Notes: generated from the letters alone by a model not told the origin. A stretch of 64,000 nucleotides of DNA from Myxococcota bacterium (GCA_039030515.1 JBCCEA010000008.1:1-64000), one strand, 5' to 3'; numbered from the stretch's first letter, positions 18,932 through 31,299 are shown. Made by a program: numbers and translations.

Positions 18932-20932
18932 ATGCGGCTGTTTTTTAGGCTGTGTGCGGTCACACACGTATTCATGGGTGGTGTCGCATCATGTACGTCA
19001 GGTTCGCTGGGTGCAGATTCATCCATGGAGGGAGACGCCCAGGTCACCGATGGATCTGGCACCCAAATCGATGCATCGGAAGTGTCTTCCGAACAGAGTT
19101 GCTCCGATGGCTTGCGAAATGGTGATGAAACCTCAATAGACTGTGGTGGTTCCTGCCAGCCCTGCATGAGTGGACTCAGGTGCAACATCGGTAGTGATTG
19201 CACCAGCGCCGTCTGCGAGCTGCGTGGACTTATGGGTGTGTGCCTCGTTGCGACTTGTCAGGACGGAGTGCTCAATGGTGGGGAAACCTCATTAGACTGC
19301 GGAGGTAACTGTACTCAGTGCCCCAATGGATCACTCTGTGTGAATCATTGGGACTGCCGCAGTGGTCAGTGCCTTTCTGGTGTCTGCAACGATCCCTCAT
19401 GTGTTGATGGTAGTCAGAACGGCTATGAAACCGATGTCGACTGCGGCGGTGGACTCTGCCCCAAGTGCCCTGCCGGTGAGCGCTGCACTGAGGACGATGA
19501 CTGTGCGACCTCCTCATGTGGTTTCATGTTTTGTCTCGAAGCCACATGTGACGATCTGATACAGAATCAGGATGAAACCTCTACGGACTGTGGCGGGGTC
19601 ACCTGCGATCCGTGTGGTTCTGGGCTCGCCTGTCTGGTCGATGGAGATTGCCTCTCTGGAAGCTGTTTGGCAGGAGGCTGCGGTAGTTGTGGCGATGGTT
19701 TGCAAACCGGAGATGAATCCGACGTGGACTGTGGCGGGCAGCAGTGTGAGAGATGTCTCGTCGACGAGCGATGTGTCGAAGACGGCGACTGCGAGTCGGA
19801 CTACTGCCTCGCAGGCCTTTGCTCTTCCGGGAACTGTTCAGACGGTTCGAGGAACAACCGCGAAACCGATATCGACTGCGGCGGGCCGGCCTGCGGAGCG
19901 ACCTGCTCCATTGGGAACGACTGCATAAGAGACCAGGACTGTATCAGCCTTAGATGCGTTGACGGTTTTTGCGACAGCTGCTCCGCCCCCACGGACTGCG
20001 CAGATTTCAACTGTAGCGCTGGAGCCTGTGTCGCCGCTACCTGTATGGACGCGATTCAGAACGGTAACGAAGGCGATGTCGACTGCGGCGGGAGCGAATG
20101 TGCTTCATGTGCCCTGGGTGCTAGTTGCAATGCACCTGATGATTGTCAAAGCCTCAATTGCAGTGGAGGCATCTGCGGGTCTCCTAGCTGCACCGATGGA
20201 AGACAAAACGGCGAAGAAACCGATATCGACTGCGGTGGGTCATGTGGGGGCTGCTCAGACTTCCTACATTGCAGCCTGGACTCGGACTGCGACGGCAGCT
20301 GCTACTCCGGAATTTGCATTGGAAGTACGTGCAGTGAGTTCTCCACGACGGATACGTTTGGATACGTCGGATGTCAGGCAACGCTACCGGTAGATGAACT
20401 GCCTTGTCCTGATCCAGCCGTGTCCGGAACGCGACTGAACTTATCAGACAATGGTCAGATGGAGGTCGATCTAGGGTTCAGATTCCGCTTTTACGGAACC
20501 GTCTACCAAACGGTCAGCATCGAAGACAATGGTGCGCTTATGTTCACTGGAAACTCAATCGCTCGCTTTAATCAGTGTTTGCCTAGTGGCAGTTACAGCA
20601 ACTTCATCGCTCCTCTTTGGGACGACTGGGTCACGAGCGGCGCGCTACACTACGAAACGTTTGGCACTGCTCCAAACCGGAAGTTCGCGGTTCGCTTTGA
20701 GCCTCAAACCTTCTTTGTCAGCAATCGAGCCGACTTCACGGTCGTTCTCAATGAAACCAGTAACCATATCGAATTTTGCTATGTCGATACGACCGTGAAC
20801 GTATCGAGTTTCGATGGCGGCAGGAGTGCCACAATTGGGATTCAAGGCGAGTCGAGCGGAGAGCATGTCGAGTTTTCCTGCGATACCCCTTCTATTGGTC
20901 CCGGATCATATATTCGCTTCGTACTGCCCTAA
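18932..20932 (+). CDS. Cys-rich repeat (lipo)protein with C-terminal nidogen/NIDO-like domain
   Basis: Eight C-x-D-G-x-x-N-x-x-E-T-D-x-D-C-G-G type repeats; C-terminus 'LGFRFRFYG...NGAL...FIAPLWDD...SATIGIQ'; possible lipobox GVASC. Confidence 0.8.
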   Translation: MRLFFRLCAVTHVFMGGVASCTSGSLGADSSMEGDAQVTDGSGTQIDASEVSSEQSCSDGLRNGDETSIDCGGSCQPCMSGLRCNIGSDCTSAVCELRGLMGVCLVATCQDGVLNGGETSLDCGGNCTQCPNGSLCVNHWDCRSGQCLSGVCNDPSCVDGSQNGYETDVDCGGGLCPKCPAGERCTEDDDCATSSCGFMFCLEATCDDLIQNQDETSTDCGGVTCDPCGSGLACLVDGDCLSGSCLAGGCGSCGDGLQTGDESDVDCGGQQCERCLVDERCVEDGDCESDYCLAGLCSSGNCSDGSRNNRETDIDCGGPACGATCSIGNDCIRDQDCISLRCVDGFCDSCSAPTDCADFNCSAGACVAATCMDAIQNGNEGDVDCGGSECASCALGASCNAPDDCQSLNCSGGICGSPSCTDGRQNGEETDIDCGGSCGGCSDFLHCSLDSDCDGSCYSGICIGSTCSEFSTTDTFGYVGCQATLPVDELPCPDPAVSGTRLNLSDNGQMEVDLGFRFRFYGTVYQTVSIEDNGALMFTGNSIARFNQCLPSGSYSNFIAPLWDDWVTSGALHYETFGTAPNRKFAVRFEPQTFFVSNRADFTVVLNETSNHIEFCYVDTTVNVSSFDGGRSATIGIQGESSGEHVEFSCDTPSIGPGSYIRFVLP

Positions 20933-20978
20933 GTTTCGCGCGACCCTAATCTCGCGCGGCACCAGATTTCATGCGGCC

Positions 20979-22187
20979 CTAAATCGAGCTTCTTCGCAGA
21001 GCGGCGTGCAGCGCATCGACCACCAAAGGTAGTTCTTCTAGGCTGTTGGGAAAATGAGGGGCCAATCTCAATTGGCCATCAGGCGACGCAGCGGCCACCC
21101 CGTCTCCATCAGCCCATAAAGCTTGGACAAGCTCGGCAGCTTCTGTCCCAGCCGGCGGGCGCAAGCAGAGCGAGGTAGACCGCAACTCAGACTCCTTCGA
21201 CCGCAAGCTGGTGAACCCGAGTGACTCCAGCTGCGGTTCGAGCGCGTCGAGGTATTCCTGAGCATGCGCGTAAATCGCGTCCACGCCCAGCTGCGCGATC
21301 AAGGCGACAGCAGCTTCAAGCGCGGCAAAAGCACAGACGCCCACCGCTCCTTGTTCGATGAAGTCGGTGCGCTTTCGAATGGGCCGATCGTGGTGCAGCT
21401 GGTTTCGCTCGGAGAGAAAACGCAGGGGCTCCTCATGACTGAGCCAACCTGCAATTCGCGGTTGAAGTTCAGAGATTCTACTGGGGTCGACGTAGAGGAA
21501 TCCCGAGCCCATCAGCCCCATCAAATGCTTATGACCCCCGCTCGCCAAATAATCGACATCGGACACGCTCACCGGAGTTGCCCCGAGCGCTTGAATTCCA
21601 TCGACAAAGAGCTGTGTTCCTCTTGATCGGCAGAGGGCAGAAATCTGAGGTAGAGGAAGCCGCAAACCGGTTTGAAACCGCACCGCGCTCACCGCGATCA
21701 AGCGAATGTCCTGCATATGCGCGGAGAGATACTCCATCCCGGCAGCAAGACCGCGCTCAAAATCTTTGAGGTCGAGCCAGCAAATCTCAAGTTCAAAGAG
21801 TGCCGCTGCCTGCTGCCAGGGGGTGATGTTTGCGGGAAAGTCTCCTCGGCAAAGGGCGATTCGATCTCCCCTGCGCCAAGGGAAACAAAGCGCCACGGCC
21901 GCGACTGCACTGCTGGTGTTCTGCACAAACCCGATGTCTTGGGCGTCTGCTCCAATCAGTTCCGCAAGCTGCGCACGTAAGTGCTCGCGACGCTCTGCCC
22001 AGGGAAGCACCGCATTGGCCCCGAGCTCAGCATGATCTCGCATCGCTTCGGTCGCTGCAGCAACCACCGCCGCAGACGCAGGCGAGACCCCGGCATGATT
22101 CAGGTAAGCAGAACATCGTAGCCCTGGGAAGAGGGTCCGGTCGCCTAATTTTGCATGAAACGAGAAGGATTCGGGCTGCGTGTCCAT
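20979..22187 (-). CDS. Aminotransferase class V-fold PLP-dependent enzyme
   Basis: YLNHAGVSP, NTSSA, FQTG, LFVDGIQALG, and SGGHK (PLP lysine). Confidence 0.9.
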   Translation of the reverse strand: MDTQPESFSFHAKLGDRTLFPGLRCSAYLNHAGVSPASAAVVAAATEAMRDHAELGANAVLPWAERREHLRAQLAELIGADAQDIGFVQNTSSAVAAVALCFPWRRGDRIALCRGDFPANITPWQQAAALFELEICWLDLKDFERGLAAGMEYLSAHMQDIRLIAVSAVRFQTGLRLPLPQISALCRSRGTQLFVDGIQALGATPVSVSDVDYLASGGHKHLMGLMGSGFLYVDPSRISELQPRIAGWLSHEEPLRFLSERNQLHHDRPIRKRTDFIEQGAVGVCAFAALEAAVALIAQLGVDAIYAHAQEYLDALEPQLESLGFTSLRSKESELRSTSLCLRPPAGTEAAELVQALWADGDGVAAASPDGQLRLAPHFPNSLEELPLVVDALHAALRRSSI

Positions 22188-22283
22188 CGAAATCTGGTCT
22201 AGCAGGCATTGTGGACCGGTCCAGCAAGCTTCTTGGGCCTATTGGAGGACTCATATCCTACTCCTTGACCCCTATCCTACTCT

Positions 22284-22903
22284 TTACCGCCCGCCTTCCC
22301 CCCAGGGCGAGGCGCTGCCCTTCTGCTCACCCTCTTGATGCAGCGCAAAGATAGGCGCGCCGGCACGCACATCCTGACCGTCACTCAGTAGAACTCGCGT
22401 CACAACCACATCGGGACCGTCGTAGAGAACGCGATTGAACGTCTTCATCACTTCGAGGAAACCTACGCAGCGACCTTTGGAAAGAACATCGTTCACCGCC
22501 ACAAAAGGTGGCTCTCCCGGAGCAGGGCGCAAAAACAACCTACCCGCCGACGGGGCGCGAAACACGTTCGGACAGCCTTCATCTTCCGGCGGAGAACTAG
22601 GAGCATCGAGCTCCTGTCCGATGAGCGGCGATAAAACGACGAGCGTACTCCGGTACTCCACAGCGGATGCGGGTATCGACCGAGTTACTTGGCCCAAAAC
22701 ACCGTCTGGCACGAGCAGGTCAGCAGCTTGGGAAAGCAGCGACAGGGTTCCTAGCCGGGTCCCCGAGGAGACGACACCGGGAAGATGAGCGTCGGGTTGG
22801 AAAAGGCCCACAGTCGGCGAAACAAGCCTTGTCTCTTGAGTCTGCCCACCGATGCCTGGCTCCACACGCTCGACAATGGCCCACGTCACGGTCCCGGGAT
22901 GGA

Positions 22904-22907
<4 letters not shown>
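22284..22907 (-). CDS. Biotin carboxyl carrier protein with tandem biotinyl-like domains
   Basis: C-terminal '[20 protein letters not shown]...LEVMKTFN'; ATGA overlap with the upstream carboxyltransferase. Confidence 0.85.
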
Positions 22908-24637
<1,730 letters not shown>

Positions 24638-24640
24638 AGT

Positions 24641-26047
24641 TCATGTCTCCGAGATTCTGCCGTCCGGAGTTGCATCCTCAGAGTGCCCGCCAGGCTCCGC
24701 CTCTAGGTCTTGGGCGCGCCAGCCTGGAATCATCCCTGTATGGTAGCTCCCAAACAAAAACGACTCCGAACGAACGACAGCTGCATGCATAGACGCAGTA
24801 GTCGAAACGCCTTCCACCACCAGTTCAGAGAGTGCTCTCGACATGCGTTGTGCCGCCTCCCGCCGAGTCGCTCCGAAGGTGAGCAGCTTGCAGAGCAGAC
24901 TGTCGTAAAACGGAGATATCTCTGAGCCAGACGCGATATGAGTATCGACCCGTACTCCTTCGAAAGAGGGCGCGACAAATCTCCGCACCACCCCGGGCAC
25001 CGGACGGAAGTCATCCTCGGGGTCCTCTGCGTTGATCCTGCATTCGATGACGTGACCGGACAGCTCGATCTGCGATTGTGAGAAGGGCAGCTTTTGACCC
25101 GCAGCCACGCGCAATTGAGTGTCCACAAGGTCTAGGCCGCAGCGCATTTCGGTAACGCCATGCTCTACCTGGAGCCTGGTATTCATTTCCATAAAACGCA
25201 GTGTGCCCTCCGGATCGAGAAGGAACTCCATGGTGCCCGCGCCCACGTATCCCATGCGGCGCGTTGCAGACACCGCAGCCTCAAGGGTGCGCGTACGCTC
25301 TGCTTGGGAAAGTGTAGGCGCTGGCGACTCCTCGAGGAGCTTCTGATGATTGCGCTGGATCGTACAGTCGCGCTCTCCGAGGTGCACCACGTGACCATAG
25401 CGATCAGCCATCAGCTGAATCTCCACATGACGGCCCGCCTGCATGAGTTTTTCTAAATAAACACGGCTGTCACCAAATGCCGAGGCAGCCTCAGCGATGG
25501 CATCCTCGTAAGCACGCTTCAGCTCGGCAGGCGTCTCGGCTACCCGCATACCTCGTCCGCCTCCGCCGCGATCTGCTTTGATGAGGACCGGATAGCCTAC
25601 CTTGTCTGCAACCTGCTGCGCCTCAGAGAAGTTCTTCAAGGTGCCTGCGCTACCCGGGATCACCTCGAGTCCCGCTTCTCGCATCGCTTGCTTTGCGGGA
25701 ATCTTGCAGCCCATTTGAGCCATCACGTCCGCCGGCGGCCCAACAAAGGTCAGACCGTGCTGTTCTACAAGGCGGGCGAAACGCGAACTTTCTGAGAGAA
25801 AACCCCATCCAGGGTGCAGTGCACTGCAACCACTCTGAATCGCGGCCTGCACCAGACGCACCGGATCCAAATAGCTTTCGGATGCTCGCGACGGCCCCAG
25901 AAGAACCGTCTCCCGCCCCCGGAGATATGGAGCGTCGCGATCCGCTGCCGAAACTCCGAAAACGGGCACTAGCCCTATCGCATCGCAGGTTCGAGCGATG
26001 CGTACAGCGACCTCACCCCGATTCGCAATGAACAATCGTTGAAACAC
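24641..26047 (-). CDS. accC: Biotin carboxylase subunit
   Basis: IANRGEVAVRI, HPGWGFLSE, GGGGRGMR, RDCTIQRNHQKL, EMNTRLQVEH and ECRINAEDP motifs. Confidence 0.93.
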   Translation of the reverse strand: MFQRLFIANRGEVAVRIARTCDAIGLVPVFGVSAADRDAPYLRGRETVLLGPSRASESYLDPVRLVQAAIQSGCSALHPGWGFLSESSRFARLVEQHGLTFVGPPADVMAQMGCKIPAKQAMREAGLEVIPGSAGTLKNFSEAQQVADKVGYPVLIKADRGGGGRGMRVAETPAELKRAYEDAIAEAASAFGDSRVYLEKLMQAGRHVEIQLMADRYGHVVHLGERDCTIQRNHQKLLEESPAPTLSQAERTRTLEAAVSATRRMGYVGAGTMEFLLDPEGTLRFMEMNTRLQVEHGVTEMRCGLDLVDTQLRVAAGQKLPFSQSQIELSGHVIECRINAEDPEDDFRPVPGVVRRFVAPSFEGVRVDTHIASGSEISPFYDSLLCKLLTFGATRREAAQRMSRALSELVVEGVSTTASMHAAVVRSESFLFGSYHTGMIPGWRAQDLEAEPGGHSEDATPDGRISET

Positions 26048-26189
26048 GGCGCTTGTGGCCTAACAGAGCCCCCGCAAGAGCGCCAGCGGGGCACATCCTG
26101 AACTGTCTTCGCATACGCCAGACATACTGAAGGCTCGCCGTGAACCAAATCATGCGTCAGCCAGAGCGTTGAGCCAACTCAAGAGCCGA

Positions 26190-27059
26190 TCAGCTGCAGG
26201 GCAAACGTTTAAAAGAGGCCCAAGTTTCCTCGGGCACCACACGACCCTTGGGGTCGCGCTTTAGCGAAGCCATGGCTGTCTTGGGATCGTGGGTAAATAC
26301 GAGACGGCCGTGACGCATGAGAAGGTCTTCGAGCAGCGCATTTTTCTCCTCGATCACTAGCTCGGGAAATCGATCGTAGCCCATGGTGATGGCAGGGTGA
26401 AGCCATGCGGCGCCTGGGATAAGGTCGGTAGCGAACACGATGGGGCCTTCGGGAGTCACGATCTCGGTGAGCATAAGTCCCGGCGTATGCCCATCTGAGT
26501 AATGTAGACGAAACGAGGGACCCAGGCGTTCTGAGAAGGCATCATCTTCGAGAAAGAGACGGCCGGTTTGCTCTAGAAGTGCAGGAAGCTCGGGGATGAA
26601 AGAGACGCGATCACGGCGATGCGGAGACTTGGCTCGTTCGAAAGCGACGCGACCCACGACAAAATCCGCATTCGTAAAGCAAATTGAGGGCGGACGACCT
26701 TCGAGAAACGGTCGGAGCAGACCGCCTGCGTGATCAAAGTGCAGATGCGAGAGCACAACCACATCGACATCGGATGGGGCAACTCCGAGGGAGGCTAGAC
26801 TGTCAAGGAGCACGTGCTCCTCCTCGACTACACCGTAGCGGTCCCGAAGCTTTGGCGGAAAGAACGTGCCGATCCCCGTTTCCAAAAGTATTCGCTGCCC
26901 TTCAGCCTCGACGAGAACCGCGCGACAGCAAAGCGGAATGCGATTCTGCTCGTCTGGTGCAATCCATTTTTGCCACAGAGCCCGAGGTGCATTGCCAAAC
27001 ATAGCTCCACCGTCGAGTCGCTGGGAGTTGCCGAGCACGGACGAAATGTGAACAGACAT
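26190..27059 (-). CDS. MBL-fold metallo-hydrolase (YtnP-like)
   Basis: [22 protein letters not shown] and MGYD motifs. Confidence 0.9.
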   Translation of the reverse strand: MSVHISSVLGNSQRLDGGAMFGNAPRALWQKWIAPDEQNRIPLCCRAVLVEAEGQRILLETGIGTFFPPKLRDRYGVVEEEHVLLDSLASLGVAPSDVDVVVLSHLHFDHAGGLLRPFLEGRPPSICFTNADFVVGRVAFERAKSPHRRDRVSFIPELPALLEQTGRLFLEDDAFSERLGPSFRLHYSDGHTPGLMLTEIVTPEGPIVFATDLIPGAAWLHPAITMGYDRFPELVIEEKNALLEDLLMRHGRLVFTHDPKTAMASLKRDPKGRVVPEETWASFKRLPCS

Positions 27060-27133
27060 TGTCCAGAAGAGATAGTCCAACGGAGTTCAATCCGCCATTC
27101 CGCTCGCTTCGCTCCCGTATCGATTCGGCCGTC

Positions 27134-27904
27134 CTAACGTTCCACAGGATTCGTACGGTGCCCCTTGCCGCAGTTCGCGCAGGCGACCATCGAAACCTGC
27201 TCACCGACGATGGGCGGACCGTCCTCAACTCGGCGATACGCTGCAGCGACACCTTTGGCCGAAGTGGTCTTCGATGCCTCGACGGTGTCTAGCGACTCAG
27301 GACCAGATGCGGTTGGACTTTGTGCATCGGAGCGCGAGCTGGCACCGGCAAGTTCGGCAGCTTTTTCACGTGACTCTGATTGCGCCTGCCTCAGTTTTGC
27401 ATTGGCCTTCGCCGCAACAGCCCGGTCCTGTCCGGATGGCTCAGCCGGAGCGAGCGCTGCCCTACGAATCTGCTGCATTTTCTGAATGGTCGCGTCTGGG
27501 TCCCCGGGAACCGCTGAGACGTCCACACTCACGTGACCAGAGACCGCGTACATTTTGCCGTCAGGCCCGCGCTCAAGCTCGTAGTTGGGGGCGCCCGCAT
27601 GAGCGCCTCCAGCTGCGGCGTGAGCGCGCTCGTGGGCCCGCACTTCTCGGTCGCGCTCGGACAATCGGCGGACTTCTTCCTGTTCCGAATCGCTGAGTTC
27701 AGAACTTTGAGTGCCGACCTGAGATTCCCGATCGGAAGTCACTACTCCGGCGCGGGTCTTGGACTCTTCATCGGCTGGCGAAATCGATGTACGGGCTCCG
27801 CCCTCAGGAGGACCCGTGTACCCTGCGGACTCCACACCGACTTGAGCGCTAGGGTACATGTAGGAAGCACTGCCTCCCCCAGAACCTATCGATCCCACCG
27901 TCAT
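27134..27904 (-). CDS. SprA-related / CJM1_0395-family putative metalloprotease
   Basis: 'DREVRAHERAH...GPDGKMYAVSGHVSVD...IRRAALAPAEPSGQDRAVAA' family signature. Confidence 0.88.
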   Translation of the reverse strand: MTVGSIGSGGGSASYMYPSAQVGVESAGYTGPPEGGARTSISPADEESKTRAGVVTSDRESQVGTQSSELSDSEQEEVRRLSERDREVRAHERAHAAAGGAHAGAPNYELERGPDGKMYAVSGHVSVDVSAVPGDPDATIQKMQQIRRAALAPAEPSGQDRAVAAKANAKLRQAQSESREKAAELAGASSRSDAQSPTASGPESLDTVEASKTTSAKGVAAAYRRVEDGPPIVGEQVSMVACANCGKGHRTNPVER

Positions 27905-27964
27905 CTCACCGTCCGATTCGGTCGATTGAGATCGAAACCTGAGGCCAAATCCTCACTCTGAAGA

Positions 27965-27983
27965 CCGTACCCGGTCCGGTTTC
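27965..27983 (+). repeat. Solo copy of the dispersed 19-bp motif
   Basis: CCGTACCCGGTCCGGTTTC (17/19 to consensus), 10 bp beyond the aminopeptidase stop codon. Confidence 0.75.
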
Positions 27984-27992
27984 GCAACGTGG

Positions 27993-29420
27993 CTAGCTCT
28001 TGCTCTTCGTTCTCCTGGTCGTTGTCGTTCTCTTGGACGACTTGGGAGGAAAACGCTTGAGCAGCCACTCAAAAACCGCACGCATGCCCATGGCCTCGCC
28101 GCCGACGGGACGTCCCGCGCGACCTTCGGTGTTCCAAGCCATCATGTCGATGTGCACCCAGGGAGTTCGCTTGGACACGAACTTCTGCAGAAACAGTGCA
28201 GCGACGATGGCGCCACCGTAACGTCCACTTGAAACGTTGCTCGTATCCGCAACCTTGCTCTCGAGCAGCCTGCGGTAAGGCGCGTGCAGGGGCATCCTCC
28301 ACATGGGATCGTAAACTGCACTCGCAGCGTCAAGCAGCTCACTCGCGACCGCATCCTGATTACAGAAAAGTGCGGGGAGCTCCGTACCCAAAGCCACCCG
28401 TGCGGCCCCGGTCAACGTGGCAAAGTCGATGATGACCTCAGGTTTTTCTGAATCTGCCTCCGCAAGCGCGTCGGAAAGGATGAGTCGACCCTCGGCATCG
28501 GTATTGCCTACCTCAACGGTAAGCCCCTTTCGTGTCTTGATAACGTCCAAAGGGCGCATTGCGTTACCGGCTACCGAATTTTCAACCAAAGGAATGAGTA
28601 CGCGCAGGCGAACGGGAAGCTTCGAAGACATGATCGCATAAGCCAATCCGAGAACATGAGCTGCGCCTCCCATGTCCTTTTTCATCAGCAACATGCCTCC
28701 GGCATTCTTTAGATCGAGACCTCCGGTATCGAAGCAAACTCCCTTTCCGACGAGAGTGACTTTGGGCGCTGTCGAAGCCCCCCAAACCAAGTCGACAACC
28801 CGAGGCGAGTCCGCACTCGCCCGTCCCACCGCATGCACCGCAGGCCAATTCTCGGAGAGCAAACCGTCCCCAACAACGGAGTGAACTTTTGCCGCAAATG
28901 GTTCTGCAACCGCGCGAACCACACGCTCAAGATCACTGGGCCCCATATCGGAGGCAGGGGTGTTGATGAGATCGCGAACGAGATACACGGCTTCAGCGAG
29001 GCTTGAAACCGTTCCGCGGTCAGCCCCCGGGGGGAAGACCAAGGCGCTCGGCTCTTTTCTTGGTTTTCGATAGCGATCGAACTCGTAGCAACCCAGGGCC
29101 CAGCCTAGCGCGGCAAGGGTAGCTTCCGGCGGTTTTAACTCGTCCGCGATGCCGTAGCGCCCTTTAGGCAACTTCGACGGAAGGCCCGCGTAACGGTAAA
29201 GAGGACCCGAGGTCTCCGACCTTCCAAGCAAAACCTCTCCGAGTCGACCCTCTGGCGTCGGCACGAGCAAGAGCTCACCCGGCTTGGCCCGAAATCCGGA
29301 CGACTCGATCCAAGTCTTTCTGCGATCGTCATCCTCCTCGGACAGCTGTGTCAGATTTTTCTTCGATAACGAGTTTATTTGGACGGTAGCTTTACTTCCA
29401 CGGGCCAAAAAAAAGCGCAT
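27993..29420 (-). CDS. Leucyl aminopeptidase (M17 family)
   Basis: VGKGVCFDTGGLDLK, MKKDMGGAA, NTDAEGRL and ATLTGA motifs; the long upstream ORF extension overlaps ArsR, so start set at MRFFL (or GTG 29438). Confidence 0.95.
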   Translation of the reverse strand: MRFFLARGSKATVQINSLSKKNLTQLSEEDDDRRKTWIESSGFRAKPGELLLVPTPEGRLGEVLLGRSETSGPLYRYAGLPSKLPKGRYGIADELKPPEATLAALGWALGCYEFDRYRKPRKEPSALVFPPGADRGTVSSLAEAVYLVRDLINTPASDMGPSDLERVVRAVAEPFAAKVHSVVGDGLLSENWPAVHAVGRASADSPRVVDLVWGASTAPKVTLVGKGVCFDTGGLDLKNAGGMLLMKKDMGGAAHVLGLAYAIMSSKLPVRLRVLIPLVENSVAGNAMRPLDVIKTRKGLTVEVGNTDAEGRLILSDALAEADSEKPEVIIDFATLTGAARVALGTELPALFCNQDAVASELLDAASAVYDPMWRMPLHAPYRRLLESKVADTSNVSSGRYGGAIVAALFLQKFVSKRTPWVHIDMMAWNTEGRAGRPVGGEAMGMRAVFEWLLKRFPPKSSKRTTTTRRTKSKS

Positions 29421-29561
29421 TACGCTCGCTTCGCTCACCGACAAAGATTGCCAGAAATGCGCATAGCCTGGGGCGGGAAAAACCGAAATTTCATGTCTGC
29501 TCGAGGACTCGAACCTGCCGTTCCTTCGAGACTTCAAAATGCGGTGGGGTATCTTGGCTTC

Positions 29562-29912
29562 GTGAGCACGTATCAGGACGACGAAACCGCCGAGTGCGAA
29601 CACCATGCGTCCCCCAATCGGTCGAGGGCGCCAGACGAGGTCGTTGAGCGCGCAGCCGCCATCTTCAGGGCGGCCGGGGATCCGGGGCGCCTCCGTATCT
29701 TGGAGCAACTTTCCCTTGGCGAGCAATGCGTCAGCGAACTCGCCGCTCAGTCGGGAGAGGGCATGTCGACCGTATCACAGAGGCTGCGTTTACTCCGAAG
29801 TGAGAAACTCGTCATCCGTCGGCGCGAAGGGAAACATATCTTTTATGCGCTCGCGGACGAACACGTCGATGCACTCGTGCAGAGTGCCCTAAACCACGCG
29901 TATCACGATTGA
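29562..29912 (+). CDS. ArsR/SmtB family metal-sensing transcriptional regulator
   Basis: 'IFRAAGDPGRLRIL...CVSELA...STVSQRLRLLR...RREGKHIFYALADEHV...LNH'; N-terminal CEHH; GTG start estimated. Confidence 0.92.
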   Translation: MSTYQDDETAECEHHASPNRSRAPDEVVERAAAIFRAAGDPGRLRILEQLSLGEQCVSELAAQSGEGMSTVSQRLRLLRSEKLVIRRREGKHIFYALADEHVDALVQSALNHAYHD

Positions 29913-30057
29913 ACTAGGGCACAAATTCTCTAAAGAAAACCCATTGAGCCCCCTGGAGCGTGTCCCTTTTACACCGGAGAAGTGGACTCTTTACAATTTC
30001 TGTTATTGCGAATTTCGCGCGCCCACTCCATGATGGAGCACCGCCGTTGGAGGTCGT

Positions 30058-30462
30058 ATGAGTACGTTCAAGCCGCAAGCAGATCCCGACTCTGAGCTTA
30101 CCCAGGTTCAAATCGAGGCACTCTATGAGCAGCTTACCCGGGAACGCGTTCGAGTCACGGAAGGTATGGACGCGAGAATGTCTGAAGCGATTTCCGACGT
30201 GGATCCACTGGCAGACGAGGTTGACATCGCGCAGCGGCATACGGAGCAGGCCTACTTGATGCGCTTTGCCGACAAGGAGCAGAAGCTCCTCAAAGAGATT
30301 GCCCACGCGCTCGACAAGATGAAATCTGGTGAGTACGGCGTTTGCGAAGGCACGGGGGAGCCGATCGGCTACAAGCGACTCGAGGTGCGCCCCTGGACTC
30401 GATACAGCGTCGAATACAAAGAAGAACTCGAACGCGACCGCAGTCAACGCCGCGCATCTTAG
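30058..30462 (+). CDS. dksA: DksA/TraR family RNA-polymerase-binding protein, one-cysteine variant
   Basis: D-x-x-D-x-A tip (DEVDIA); C-terminal 'GEYGVCEGTGEPIGYKRLEVRPWTRYSVEYKE'; GGAGG RBS. Confidence 0.88.
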   Translation: MSTFKPQADPDSELTQVQIEALYEQLTRERVRVTEGMDARMSEAISDVDPLADEVDIAQRHTEQAYLMRFADKEQKLLKEIAHALDKMKSGEYGVCEGTGEPIGYKRLEVRPWTRYSVEYKEELERDRSQRRAS

Positions 30463-30502
30463 GAAGCAGCGCTGGGCGTCTACAGCTCGCTAGGCTCTGT
30501 AG

Positions 30503-30621
30503 CTCATGGGGCTTCACGGCTCATGGGGCTCCAAAACTCATGGGGCTCCAAAACTCATGGGGCTCCAAAACTCATGGGGCTCCAAAACTCATGGGGCTCC
30601 AAAACTCATGGGGCTCTACAG
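30503..30621 (+). repeat. 17-bp tandem repeat (VNTR), 7 units
   Basis: CTCATGGGGCTCCAAAA perfect at 30520, 30537, 30554, 30571 and 30588; variant units at 30503 and 30605. Confidence 0.97.
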
Positions 30622-31290
30622 CTAAAGAGCTCCAAACTCGTCGAGCAGAAACGCAACTACCTGCCTTTGCATAGAAACACGGCGTTCTTCCGGAAAGCCC
30701 ATCCAAGTTTCTACGCAAAGCCCTGTGCATCCGACGGCGTCGACGATTACTTCGGTTGATGACGTATCAACCGGGTAGTGCAAAGGCGCCCAAGTTTCTT
30801 CTTCGTTCAGCTTTGCTTCGTTCAACCGGTCGACCAGACGTCCCACTACCTCGGGCATCGGCTGAACGCCGTAGACGATGCTTTGACCGAACGAGGGGAC
30901 CACCTTTGGGTCGTATCTTTTCTGGCTCTCGTGCAAGGTCACGACCAGTGCCGGTGATTCCGCCTGGATAAGCTTCATGAATTCAGCCGCTAGTCGCATT
31001 TCTCGCTCGGGGGCCTCCGAATTGCCCGGAAAACACCGATTGAGGTCCAGACCTCCTGGAGCGCGACGCGATTTTGCTCGATAGGCCGGGGCGTTCATGA
31101 GCGGGCAGATAATAAGTTTACCTCTAGCGGGTCGAATGCCGTCTTCGAGAAACTCACATAGCGCGTGCACCCCCGCGACTTCGTCGCCGTGAATTCCCCC
31201 TTGAAACCACAAGGTGGGTCCCTCAGCATGCGCCTCGAACACATGCAATGGCACGTTCGGCTCGAGAAAACGCGTTCCCTCAGTAAGCAT
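30622..31290 (-). CDS. Succinylglutamate desuccinylase/aspartoacylase family protein (M14-like)
   Basis: GGIHGDEVAG, DLNRCFPG, TLHE and C-terminal VET motifs. Confidence 0.88.
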   Translation of the reverse strand: MLTEGTRFLEPNVPLHVFEAHAEGPTLWFQGGIHGDEVAGVHALCEFLEDGIRPARGKLIICPLMNAPAYRAKSRRAPGGLDLNRCFPGNSEAPEREMRLAAEFMKLIQAESPALVVTLHESQKRYDPKVVPSFGQSIVYGVQPMPEVVGRLVDRLNEAKLNEEETWAPLHYPVDTSSTEVIVDAVGCTGLCVETWMGFPEERRVSMQRQVVAFLLDEFGAL

Positions 31291-31299
31291 CAGGAGAAC

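Noticed and set aside
29421..29726. Long N-terminal extension of the aminopeptidase, and the matching extension of ArsR from 29379
   Set aside because: The two overlap head-to-head; family similarity starts at about 29420 and 29562
30342..30759. ORFs across the 17-bp VNTR
   Set aside because: Frame-cycling translation of a non-triplet repeat, overlapping real genes
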